This document shows, in pieces, positions 17,228-25,128 of a stretch of DNA of 30,000 nucleotides (the stretch's first letter is position 1; the number at the start of each line of letters is the position of its first letter). The stretch spans positions 929,912 to 959,911 of the forward strand of contig CAVYKH010000004.1 of NCBI GenBank assembly GCA_963769075.1, read 5' to 3'. The position numbers were made by a program, and so were the translations under genes. The notes under the pieces were generated by a model, which searched no databases, was not told where the DNA came from, and saw only the letters and a program-made list of their open reading frames with translations. This DNA comes from an uncultured Gammaproteobacteria bacterium. Its GTDB lineage: Bacteria; Pseudomonadota; Gammaproteobacteria; Steroidobacterales; Steroidobacteraceae.

Positions 17228-17518
17228 CTAACTGCAACGGTAAGTAACACCGAAGGAGGCACCCGGATAATTCCAGCTCGTAACCCCGCCTTCGCTGCAC
17301 ATGACACGGCAGGTTCCGCATTCCAGGCACCCGGCGTACTCAAAGCTGACCTGGCCGTCTTTCAGCCGGTAAAGCCGCGCGGGACATACGACTAGGCACG
17401 CGCGATCGGTGCAATGGGCACAGATGGCTTTGTCGACGTGGATGTGCGGGTGGCCCTCATCGACCGCAAATTTGTCGAGGGCTAGCGCTTCTTCGGGACT
17501 TAGTCGCTTGATGCTCAT
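17228..17518 (-). CDS. fixX: Ferredoxin-like protein FixX
   Basis: 96 aa. HIHVDKAICAHCTDRACLVVCPARLY...YAGCLECGTCRVMC is the FixX Cys pattern. It lies directly downstream of fixC. Confidence 0.9.
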   Translation of the reverse strand: MSIKRLSPEEALALDKFAVDEGHPHIHVDKAICAHCTDRACLVVCPARLYRLKDGQVSFEYAGCLECGTCRVMCSEGGVTSWNYPGASFGVTYRCS

Positions 17519-17530
17519 AGGATTCGATAC

Positions 17531-18811
17531 TCATAGGCTTCGATACATTTTCCAGCCGTCGGCCAGGACTTGGCCGAGGCTCGCATTGTGCCGCACGACA
17601 TCCACCAAGCCGTGTAACAGGGGCGTTGGCACTTTGCCGTCCACCGTGAACAAGAACTGCATAGCCTCGTTTGCCAGCTTCGGAAACTCCCGGAAGACGC
17701 GCGGGATCTCAAATATTCGGTGGAAGTTCTGGTAGGCGCGCTCCTCTCCGAGCAACATTAGATCCTGCAGCTTCTCCATATAGAGAGGTCCGACTTCTTG
17801 GGTAGACTCCGCTTGCAGGATGGCCTGGGCGGCCGCTAGTCCGCTGACCATCGCCAGGTCCATGGCACGAAGGATCAGCCCCGTGTTTATGCCAAACCGC
17901 GCCGCATCGCCTATCACCACGATGCCTTGCCGATACAGCCGCTCGGGAATCCCCCTGTAACCCATCTCAGGAACCATATGCGCGCCGTACTCAATCGTTG
18001 TGCCTCCTTCGATCAGCGCGAGAATCGCCGGATGCATCTTGAAATCCTGGAGAATTTCTTGAATATGGCGGCCCTGCTTGGCGGCCTGGGCGGGGTTAAA
18101 AACGATTCCCAGCGAGATGCTCCCTTTATTGGTATAGAGAAACGCTCCCCCAGAGATTCCATCGGTGCATCCGATGGCCACCCGCGCGACGCCTTCGTCG
18201 TCCTTGACCGCGAAGCGAGCGCTGATCACACTCTCGGGTAGCTCGATGGTTTCCTTGATGCCGACGCCGACAGCGTGTCCTTCAAGATCAGAGAAAAGAC
18301 CGGCTTTCTGGCCAAGCAAGGAGTTGATTCCATCTGCGGCGACCACCACGTCGGACCGCATTTCCTCTCCGCCGGCGCGGATGCCGACGATCTTATCGTT
18401 TTCCTCGATCAACCCATCAACCAAGATTCCGGACGCCAGCGTTCCGCCTTTCGCTTCGACCTCACTCGCGAACCACTGGTCGAGCTTTGCGCGCACAACC
18501 GAATACGACTGCGGAACATTTTCGGCAAACCTGGGATCGAAGTAATCGATGGTCGTCGCAGCGTGTTGGTCCAGCAACATGATCTGCTCGCGGACGATTT
18601 TGCGCTCCAGCGGTGCTCGCTGATACATGCCGGGTTCGATCATTTCCAGGGCGTAGGTGTAAAGGCGTCCGCCAGAGACATTCTTGCTACCCGGGCTGTC
18701 ACCACGCTCGACGAGCAGCACATTTTTCCCTTTCTTGGCCAGAACGTAGGCGCAGGCGGAACCCGCCGGTCCCGCGCCTACCACGATGGCGTCAAACTTA
18801 TCGTCGGCCAT
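17531..18811 (-). CDS. fixC: FAD-dependent ETF-quinone-oxidoreductase-like protein FixC
   Basis: KFDAIVVGAGPAGSACAYVLAKKGKNVLLVERG (Rossmann FAD motif). 426 aa, located between fixB and fixX. Confidence 0.9.
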   Translation of the reverse strand: MADDKFDAIVVGAGPAGSACAYVLAKKGKNVLLVERGDSPGSKNVSGGRLYTYALEMIEPGMYQRAPLERKIVREQIMLLDQHAATTIDYFDPRFAENVPQSYSVVRAKLDQWFASEVEAKGGTLASGILVDGLIEENDKIVGIRAGGEEMRSDVVVAADGINSLLGQKAGLFSDLEGHAVGVGIKETIELPESVISARFAVKDDEGVARVAIGCTDGISGGAFLYTNKGSISLGIVFNPAQAAKQGRHIQEILQDFKMHPAILALIEGGTTIEYGAHMVPEMGYRGIPERLYRQGIVVIGDAARFGINTGLILRAMDLAMVSGLAAAQAILQAESTQEVGPLYMEKLQDLMLLGEERAYQNFHRIFEIPRVFREFPKLANEAMQFLFTVDGKVPTPLLHGLVDVVRHNASLGQVLADGWKMYRSL

Positions 18812-18817
18812 TTTTCC

Positions 18818-19753
18818 TCACTTCTTTATCGCTGCTGTCAATAAGGGCAACACCTCATAGAGGTCGCCAATGATGCCGTAGTCCGCTGATTCAAAAATCG
18901 GCGCATGCTCGTCGCTGTTCACTGCCGCGATGACCTTTGATTCGCGCGCACCAACCATGTGCTGCACCTGCCCGGAGATGCCCACCGCAAGGTAGAGTTC
19001 CGCCTTGACCGTATTCCCGCTGATGCCGACATAGTGATCAATCGGTAGCCAGTGCTCTTCCTCTGCAATCGGGCGCGAGCAAGCGAGTTCCGCTTTGAGC
19101 GCGGCTGCCAGATCTTGAGCAAGCTTGAGGTCTTCCTGCTTGCGGAAGCCACGACCCACAGCAACCAACTTCGTGACTCCCGCGATGTCCACACCGGTTC
19201 CGGCGACGCGGTTGACGTCGGATACGGCGACTCGTGCATCGGCCTCGACCTTCACCGTCTCAACAGCACCAGCCTTTGCTGCCGCGCTTGGAGGAGAAAA
19301 CGTGCGCGGCGGTATAGTGGCGACAGCGGGCAACGTGAGTTCTTCTTCACAGAGCGCCAAGCCCGCATAGAGCAGGCGCGTCGAGAGCAGCTTGCCGCCC
19401 TCGATCTTCAGCGACTTGGCATCGGTGCTCATTCCAGCGTTCAGCTTTGCCGCCACATAGGCTCCGACATGCTTGCCGCGCAGCGTGCCCCCTACCAGGA
19501 AAATGCTGGCTCCGGCACCGCTGACGAGGCTATAGATCGCCTCGCTCAGCGCTTCCGTCCAGCCGCCTGCCGGCTGCAGCACGAGCGCTTTGTCGGCCCC
19601 CAGTGCGGCGAGTTCCTTCGCGTCGGCCTCACTGACCGTCAGCGCCGTGATCGGCTGGGACAACGATTGCTTCAATTCCAGCGCAGGTGTCAGCAACTGT
19701 TTGCCGAGCGCGCTGTCTTCGGAAAAAATAAAGATTCCTGCCATAGTTCTCAT
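18818..19753 (-). CDS. fixB: Electron transfer flavoprotein alpha-type subunit FixB
   Basis: C-terminal FAD-binding region VGISGNTVKAELYLAVGISGQVQHMVGARESKVIAAVNSDEHAPIFESADYGIIGDLYEVLP. An alternative ATG lies at 19744. Confidence 0.9.
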   Translation of the reverse strand: MRTMAGIFIFSEDSALGKQLLTPALELKQSLSQPITALTVSEADAKELAALGADKALVLQPAGGWTEALSEAIYSLVSGAGASIFLVGGTLRGKHVGAYVAAKLNAGMSTDAKSLKIEGGKLLSTRLLYAGLALCEEELTLPAVATIPPRTFSPPSAAAKAGAVETVKVEADARVAVSDVNRVAGTGVDIAGVTKLVAVGRGFRKQEDLKLAQDLAAALKAELACSRPIAEEEHWLPIDHYVGISGNTVKAELYLAVGISGQVQHMVGARESKVIAAVNSDEHAPIFESADYGIIGDLYEVLPLLTAAIKK

Positions 19754-19760
19754 TGCTGCT

Positions 19761-20540
19761 TTAGAGCAGGCCCTCTGTGGTCAGACTGCTTGCCAGCTTG
19801 GCGACGTTCGCGGCCGCACTGGATTCTTTGTAGATGATGTTCTTGCGTTTTGCGACGAAGCCTCGCACCGACTTGTGCACCGATTTCGGCTGCAACGCCT
19901 CCGGCTTCAAACCGAGATCCGTTATCTTTATCTCCTTATTGGGCTTCTTGCCTGCTGCAAGCACCTGCTTGAGGCCGGGAATGCGCGGCTTATTGATCTG
20001 ATGGAGAACACTGAGCACGACCGGGCACTTCACCGTCGCCACCTCGGTGCAGTCGGCCAGCTTCCGCGTAGCCTTCACGGTGTCACCTTCCACGGAAAGC
20101 TTTTCCACATAGCTCACGCAGGGCAGGCCCAGGAGGGCCCCCAGGCGCTCTCCTGTCTGCTGGTTAAACAGGTCCGAACTGCCTTCGCCGCACAGAATCA
20201 AGTCGTAGGGTCCCAGCTTGCGGATCGCCGCCGCCAGTACGTTGGCTGTCACAGATGCATCGGCTGTCTCCGCCGACTTGTCGGCAATCCAGTAGACAGC
20301 CTCTGGACCGCGCGAGAGCACGTCCTTCAACGATTGTTTTACGGCAGACGTGCCGTAACTCAGGGCATGCACCGCACCTCCGTGCTGCTCGACAATTAGA
20401 GCCCCTTCCTCAATCGCGTTACGATCGAAGTCACTAATCTTGCCCTTGGCACGGCTCGTATCGAGGCTTAAATCCTCGGGTTTAATCTTTATGTCCTGCT
20501 CATCGAGCGTCCATTTATAGCAAACTAAGCATTTTGGCAT
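19761..20540 (-). CDS. fixA: Electron transfer flavoprotein beta-type subunit FixA
   Basis: LVCYKWTLDEQDIKI...NAIEEGALIVEQHGG...YDLILCGEGSSDLFNQQTGERLGALLGLP is the ETF-beta fold pattern. Confidence 0.9.
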   Translation of the reverse strand: MPKCLVCYKWTLDEQDIKIKPEDLSLDTSRAKGKISDFDRNAIEEGALIVEQHGGAVHALSYGTSAVKQSLKDVLSRGPEAVYWIADKSAETADASVTANVLAAAIRKLGPYDLILCGEGSSDLFNQQTGERLGALLGLPCVSYVEKLSVEGDTVKATRKLADCTEVATVKCPVVLSVLHQINKPRIPGLKQVLAAGKKPNKEIKITDLGLKPEALQPKSVHKSVRGFVAKRKNIIYKESSAAANVAKLASSLTTEGLL

Positions 20541-20562
20541 TTGTCTGAATTCCTTAGCCTAC

Positions 20563-21693
20563 TCAGGCAATACTCGCTGCAATGGTCTCATCCGGAAAAT
20601 CTGCCGGGGCATCCAATAAGGTTGTACCTGCGATATCACGGAACAGGCGCGGCAAAGGCATGGCTTCGCTGTATCCCATACCGCCTTCCACCTGGATGCT
20701 ATCGACCAACATCTTCGATCCCAACCGCACAAGGAATGACTTGACCATAGCTGCCTCGGCTTCAAAGGGTTGGTCATCCTCGATCAGTTGAGCCGTGCCG
20801 CGCAGCCCCAGCCGAGCCAGATAACAGTCCGTCAGAGTCTCCGCCAGCAGTGTTTGAACCGCCTGAAACGTCGCGACCGGCTTACCAAACTGCACACGCT
20901 GCTTGGCGTAGGCCGCCGCATGCTCCACTGCGGCCTGCCCAATCCCAACGGCTTGCGCGCCTTCAGCCACCGAGGCCAAGGCCAGCATTCGCGCCGCAAT
21001 CTCCCGACCTCCCTTCACGGCACCAAGGACTGCCGCCTCCGGTATGGCCACATTGTCAAAAACCACATCGGCTACCGGGCATCCCTTCAAACCCATTGTG
21101 CTGAGCTTGGGACCCACCTTCAGGCCAGTCACCCTTGCATCGACGACGAACGCCGTCGGTGCCTTTGGCTCCGTGGGATCCGTGACCGCAAACACCACGT
21201 AGACTCCCGCTTCTCCGGCGTTGCGCACATAAGCCTTGGTGCCCTTCAAGACGTAGCCACCTTCGTTTTTCGTAGCGACCAAAGCATCGGGTCCGATGCC
21301 CGGTGTCGGCCCACGCTCGTAGATAGCGAACGCCCCGATAGTCTCTCCCTTGATGAGGGCCGGCACGTATTGCTTTTTTTGCGCCTCGCTGCCCCAGTGC
21401 TGAATGGAATAGCTTGCCATCGCCTGGCTGTTCATGATCGAGGCAACCGCCGCACATGAACGCGAAAGGCTCTCGATGACGGCCACATAAGCGACAAAGC
21501 CCGCTCCGGACCCGCCAACCTCTGGTGGCAGGTGCAGACCGAGGAAGTCGTGACTTGCAAGCTCCTTGACCACGCTCTTGGGGAATTCGCCCGTGTGGTC
21601 CAGTTGCCCCGCAACTGGATCGAGGTATTCCGTGGCGAAGTCGTGAGCGCTCTGTTCGATGAGTCGCTGATCTTCGGTTAGTTGGGAGTTCAT
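20563..21693 (-). CDS. Acyl-CoA dehydrogenase family protein lacking the canonical C-terminal YEGT catalytic Glu motif (putative non-catalytic partner subunit)
   Basis: ACAD N, middle and C-terminal pattern (IGAFAIYERGPTPG.., GYVLKGTKAYVRNAG). Where ACADs have RDaki.qIYEGTneIq, this protein reads FRDIAGTTLLDAPADF. Its ATG overlaps the upstream ACAD stop (ATGA, 21690-21693). Confidence 0.85.
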   Translation of the reverse strand: MNSQLTEDQRLIEQSAHDFATEYLDPVAGQLDHTGEFPKSVVKELASHDFLGLHLPPEVGGSGAGFVAYVAVIESLSRSCAAVASIMNSQAMASYSIQHWGSEAQKKQYVPALIKGETIGAFAIYERGPTPGIGPDALVATKNEGGYVLKGTKAYVRNAGEAGVYVVFAVTDPTEPKAPTAFVVDARVTGLKVGPKLSTMGLKGCPVADVVFDNVAIPEAAVLGAVKGGREIAARMLALASVAEGAQAVGIGQAAVEHAAAYAKQRVQFGKPVATFQAVQTLLAETLTDCYLARLGLRGTAQLIEDDQPFEAEAAMVKSFLVRLGSKMLVDSIQVEGGMGYSEAMPLPRLFRDIAGTTLLDAPADFPDETIAASIA

Positions 21694-22877
21694 TTCCTAT
21701 CTTCCTTCTGCGCTTCGTGCAGCACCTCGAGGTGGTGGTCGGCAGCCAATTCTGGGACAGGGCTCAGCACCGCGCGTGCTATCACCAAACGCTCAATCTG
21801 GTTGGTTCCTTCATAGATCTGCGTTATTTTCGCGTCCCGCATGTACTTCGCAATTTCCGAGGTATAGCCGTACGAACCCGTCAGGCTAACCGCCTGAGAG
21901 GTCACCGCCACGGCAACATCTGCGGAGAAGGCCTTGGCAATCGCCGCTTCCTCCCCGAAAGGTGCGCCGGAATCGCGAAGCTTACTGGCGTAGTGCAAGC
22001 ACTGCCGCGCAGCTTCCACCTGCATCTGCATGTCGGCCAACTTAAACTGCACCGATTGGCCGGGATGCACCTTGCCGAGGAACCGCTTTTGCAAATACTT
22101 CACGCATTCGTCGAGGGCGCGTTGCGCGAGGCCAACGGCAAGCGCACCAATCCCAAGGCGTCCCATATCGAGCGATGCCAAGAAGATCTTCATGCCTTCC
22201 CCCTCCTTGCCAAGGAGGTTGCTGGCTGGGATGCGAACATCCTTCAGAAGCAGTTCGACGGTGTTCGAACTGCGAATCCCCAGCTTGTGATCAGTCGCCC
22301 CGACCGTGAAGCCCGCGCGGCCTTTTTCAACCATGAAAGCACTGAGGCCTTTCGCTCCTTTGCTCGGCTCGGTTTTGGCACAAATCACAATCACGCTGGC
22401 GTAACCACCATTCGTGATGAAGCACTTGGTGCCATTGAGGACGTAGTCGTTGCCCGACCTGACTGCCGTGGTTGTGACAGATGCCGCATCGGAACCGGTC
22501 CCGGGCTCGGTCAAAGCGAAAGCGGAAATTCCGCCCTTCACAATGGGATCGAAATAGCGTTGCTTCTGTTCCTCGGTTCCGACGAGCAGCAAAACATTTA
22601 TACCTAGGGTGCCGGCAGCCAGGGTCGTGCCCATGCCTGCGCAGCCGTAACCCCACTCCTCCCAGACCACCGCCTGTGTGAGCGCGTCATAGCCAAGGCC
22701 ACCGTATTTCTTGGGTATAGCCATCGCAAAAGTCTTGGTTTCCTTTGCCGCGTCGAGAAGAAACGAATGGAACTCCCCCGTCTTGTCATACTCGGCAGCG
22801 TTCGGGATGATGTGCTTGGCGACGAACGTTTTCGCCGCCTGTTTGATTTCCTGCTGCTCTGTGGTCAATATGCTCAT
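21690..22877 (-). CDS. Acyl-CoA dehydrogenase with canonical catalytic Glu
   Basis: WGYGCAGMGTTLAA, SAFALTEPGTGSDA, YVLNGTKCFITNGG and YMRDAKITQIYEGTNQIERLVIA. 395 aa, first gene of the operon. Confidence 0.9.
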   Translation of the reverse strand: MSILTTEQQEIKQAAKTFVAKHIIPNAAEYDKTGEFHSFLLDAAKETKTFAMAIPKKYGGLGYDALTQAVVWEEWGYGCAGMGTTLAAGTLGINVLLLVGTEEQKQRYFDPIVKGGISAFALTEPGTGSDAASVTTTAVRSGNDYVLNGTKCFITNGGYASVIVICAKTEPSKGAKGLSAFMVEKGRAGFTVGATDHKLGIRSSNTVELLLKDVRIPASNLLGKEGEGMKIFLASLDMGRLGIGALAVGLAQRALDECVKYLQKRFLGKVHPGQSVQFKLADMQMQVEAARQCLHYASKLRDSGAPFGEEAAIAKAFSADVAVAVTSQAVSLTGSYGYTSEIAKYMRDAKITQIYEGTNQIERLVIARAVLSPVPELAADHHLEVLHEAQKEDRK

Positions 22878-22921
22878 AATCGTTTCAGCTCCACGCGCTT
22901 ATCGAGCGCGACTCACGCCTT

Positions 22922-23053
22922 CTAGCGTCGCGCGCCGCCGGCACTATCGTCGCTCAGCAGCACGTTGCCAAAGCCGAGCACCGAAGTAGGAGCCGGGTCG
23001 GGAGTGGGCCGCGCCGGGTGTCCGGCGATTTCTTCTACTAGCGATGACGTCAC
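22922..23053 (-). CDS. Short SD-led ORF (43 codons) upstream of the ACAD operon, with a hydrogenase-maturation-protease-like N-terminal motif. Possibly a remnant or leader ORF.
   Basis: AAGGAGGA (23061-23068) lies 7 nt upstream of the GTG (23051-23053). The peptide ..TSVLGFGNVLLSDDSAGGARR* resembles the (V/I)LG(I/V)GN.L..DDG.G motif. The match is short, so this is weak. Confidence 0.2.
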   Translation of the reverse strand: MTSSLVEEIAGHPARPTPDPAPTSVLGFGNVLLSDDSAGGARR

Positions 23054-23201
23054 GCGTCGCTCCTCCTTATCAAAGCACCTTCATCGGCATTTAGTCTGCG
23101 CGGATAGTCGGCGTTGTCTGTGCGGTTACGTACAGTCATCTCTATTCGTCTCCCGCCGCCAGTTAGCATCACTGGCGCAGAAATGCGTTACCGACTGTTG
23201 A

Positions 23202-23657
23202 TTACTGGAGCGTGATTTTCATACCATTGGCAGACAGGTTAAATTTCAACCCGCCAGACTGCGACTGCACCTTGATTACGACGCCCTTCTCGTTCTTGAG
23301 ATAGGCGACCGAGCCGCCGACAATGACCGTCATGCCGGCGGCGACCGCCGAATAGTTGCCACTGAGATCCTCCGGACTGTTCAGATTATAGACTTCACCC
23401 TGAGCGCTAATCCCAGCGGCGCCGACGTCAACGACCGATATGCCCGAAAGCTTGAAGTTGTACTGCTTCTGGTCTTTGCTGTAGTAGAGAGTGCCGTGCC
23501 CCCAGGTGTATCCGATGCCCGCGGCGACCGAGCCACCGCTAAACCAAAAGTAACCCGACGGTATCGCTCCCTCTGAAACCGGCGGCGACGAATCTGCCGC
23601 CATCGCGACAGTCGACACAAAGAGGGTAGCGAAGAGACTCAACATTAACTTGTACAT
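23202..23657 (-). CDS. Secreted DUF1134 (EipA)-like protein
   Basis: Signal peptide MYKLMLSLFATLFVSTVAMAAD. The body, GIGYTWGHGTLYY...FKLSGISVVDVGAAG...GEVYNLNSPEDLSGNYSAVAAGMTVIVGGSVAYL.N..GVVI, is collinear with my memory of the DUF1134 consensus. AAGGAG lies 8 nt upstream of the ATG. Confidence 0.6.
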   Translation of the reverse strand: MYKLMLSLFATLFVSTVAMAADSSPPVSEGAIPSGYFWFSGGSVAAGIGYTWGHGTLYYSKDQKQYNFKLSGISVVDVGAAGISAQGEVYNLNSPEDLSGNYSAVAAGMTVIVGGSVAYLKNEKGVVIKVQSQSGGLKFNLSANGMKITLQ

Positions 23658-23770
23658 GATTGTAACTCCTTAGATTGCATCACCTGTAGCCCGAAGAAGA
23701 AGGCCGCCAGCGCCACAACAACTGGAATTGCGATCAGTAGCGCCAAGGCGACGTTGAACGAAACGCGCAC
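23645..23770 (-). CDS. Possible 41-aa single-TM mini-protein overlapping the start of the DUF1134-like gene
   Basis: GTG at 23768-23770 with AAGGGGG 5 nt upstream. The peptide is VRVSFNVALALLIAIPVVVALAAFFFGLQVMQSKELQSCTS. No homology support. Confidence 0.2.
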   Translation of the reverse strand: MRVSFNVALALLIAIPVVVALAAFFFGLQVMQSKELQSCTS

Positions 23771-23979
23771 GGGTGCCCCCTTTTCGCGAACTGGTGCTCC
23801 GCCCGCAGGGCCATGCCGGGGAGTTAAAAAGAAGTGGTGCGTGCTCGACTTCACGGGCGTTAGCCTAGAGACGCAGCTGGCTTGGGACAATCGGCCCGCG
23901 ATAAATGCAAGTTTCCTCGCAGGAAACAACGGGAGCGGTGCGCGTGACGGCACGCGTGCCTTGAAAATTCCAGTGCGCA

Positions 23980-24483
23980 AGCCAGCGTCCTCGATCAATC
24001 GCTTGCGGACTTACAGGGAGCGAATTCGTTCATACCCGAACGGCGACCCGGTCGCGTAGTAGCGGAATTCGATGTTGCTGCGGCACCGCACCGGGTCAGC
24101 GGTCGGGAGGCAGCTCTCATCGTCTCGGGCAAGAACCGCTGTGAGACGCGACTGCCGCTACCCCAGGACGTCGGTGATGCGTTTCTGTACTATCTGCGTC
24201 ATGCGCGGCCACGTGTATCGAACGAACACGTTTTATCACCACCAGCGCGCCGTGGGTTCCCATTTCCCGTCAAACCGTCGGTCGATCGGTCCGCCGCGCC
24301 TTACGTCGTACCGGTGTCAGCGCTCCGACGCAAGGTGCGCATCTGTTGCGGCACTATGTCTCGCGCCTGACTACGTTTGGTAGGGCGAGAGTGCCGTCAG
24401 ATTTTCTCGGGAATTGGGCGTTGGCGCCTGTAGAGCCCGCGTCGATTACGCGACATAGTTTTCCAGCATCACAGGTCCTTTAG
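23980..24483 (+). pseudogene. Tyrosine recombinase (phage-integrase family), degraded catalytic-domain remnant
   Basis: The frame from 24038 reads ERRPGRVVAEFDV...ALIVSGKNRCETRLPLPQDVGDAFLYYLRHARP. After a frameshift near 24240-24260 it reads ISRQTVGRSVRRALRRTGVSAPTQGAHLLRH...FLGNW..., so the R and HxxR boxes are present while the second His and the Tyr box are degenerate. There is no start and no N-terminal domain. Confidence 0.6.
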
Positions 24484-24516
24484 GAAGGCGAGCAGACGAT
24501 CGTCTGGGTGTCGAGT

Positions 24517-24717
24517 TCAGTATTCTTTGGCCAATAATTTCACCGATTTGTCACTCGACTGGGCCCGTGAATCGCACCGTATCGCCTTGAGATCCTTGCT
24601 GATTCGCGTGAGTCGAACTGCCGCAGCGGATGTTGCGGCGTGCCATAAATATTTCAGGAATTCATGGCCAAAGCACGTTCGGCAATAGTAATTCGTGGCC
24701 AAATCCGCGAGGGCCAT
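24517..24717 (-). CDS. Small hypothetical protein (66 aa) with one CxxC
   Basis: The internal ATG (24715-24717) is preceded by GGAGGA (24724-24729) at 6 nt. The peptide MALADLATNYYCRTCFGHEFLKYLWHA... belongs to no family I recognise. GC content is lower than the surroundings. Confidence 0.25.
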   Translation of the reverse strand: MALADLATNYYCRTCFGHEFLKYLWHAATSAAAVRLTRISKDLKAIRCDSRAQSSDKSVKLLAKEY

Positions 24718-25128
24718 CGCAGTTCCTCCGCCTTTGCAAGCACTGCCGCACATTACCGAACCGCTCCATTGGCCGGTCAACGGTTCGACAGTATCGCCGC
24801 TTAACCACGCGGCCGCACCCAATTAGGGGTGTTTACCGAAACCGGCCAAAAGTAACGGTTTCCTGTGGGTAAGTCATTTCGCGCCGGCCGACGCCGCTTT
24901 CACTCGATGTGCGCATGTCTTTAGGAAGGTGGCCGAGGGATCGCCGTGCTCGGGAGGTCTTGGCTTTAGTGATCTCCAATATCGTGTCGTCGCTGAATGG
25001 CGATGCTCCTGGCAATAGGAATGTGGCAACTACGTATAGACGCTTGAGCCATGCGCGACAAGCATGCGCGGTATTGGGGCCCCATCGATCATAAATCCGT
25101 ATCCGCTGACTGCCAGCCGGAGTTTATC

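Noticed and set aside
19052-22607. Plus-strand ORFs of 261, 269, 229 and 296 aa
   Set aside because: They are antisense shadows of the fixB, fixA and the two ACAD genes.
23157-23177. Hairpin CGCCAGT-tagcatc-ACTGGCG downstream of the DUF1134-like gene
   Set aside because: It is a plausible transcript-end structure, but no U-tract follows on the coding strand. Not called as a terminator.
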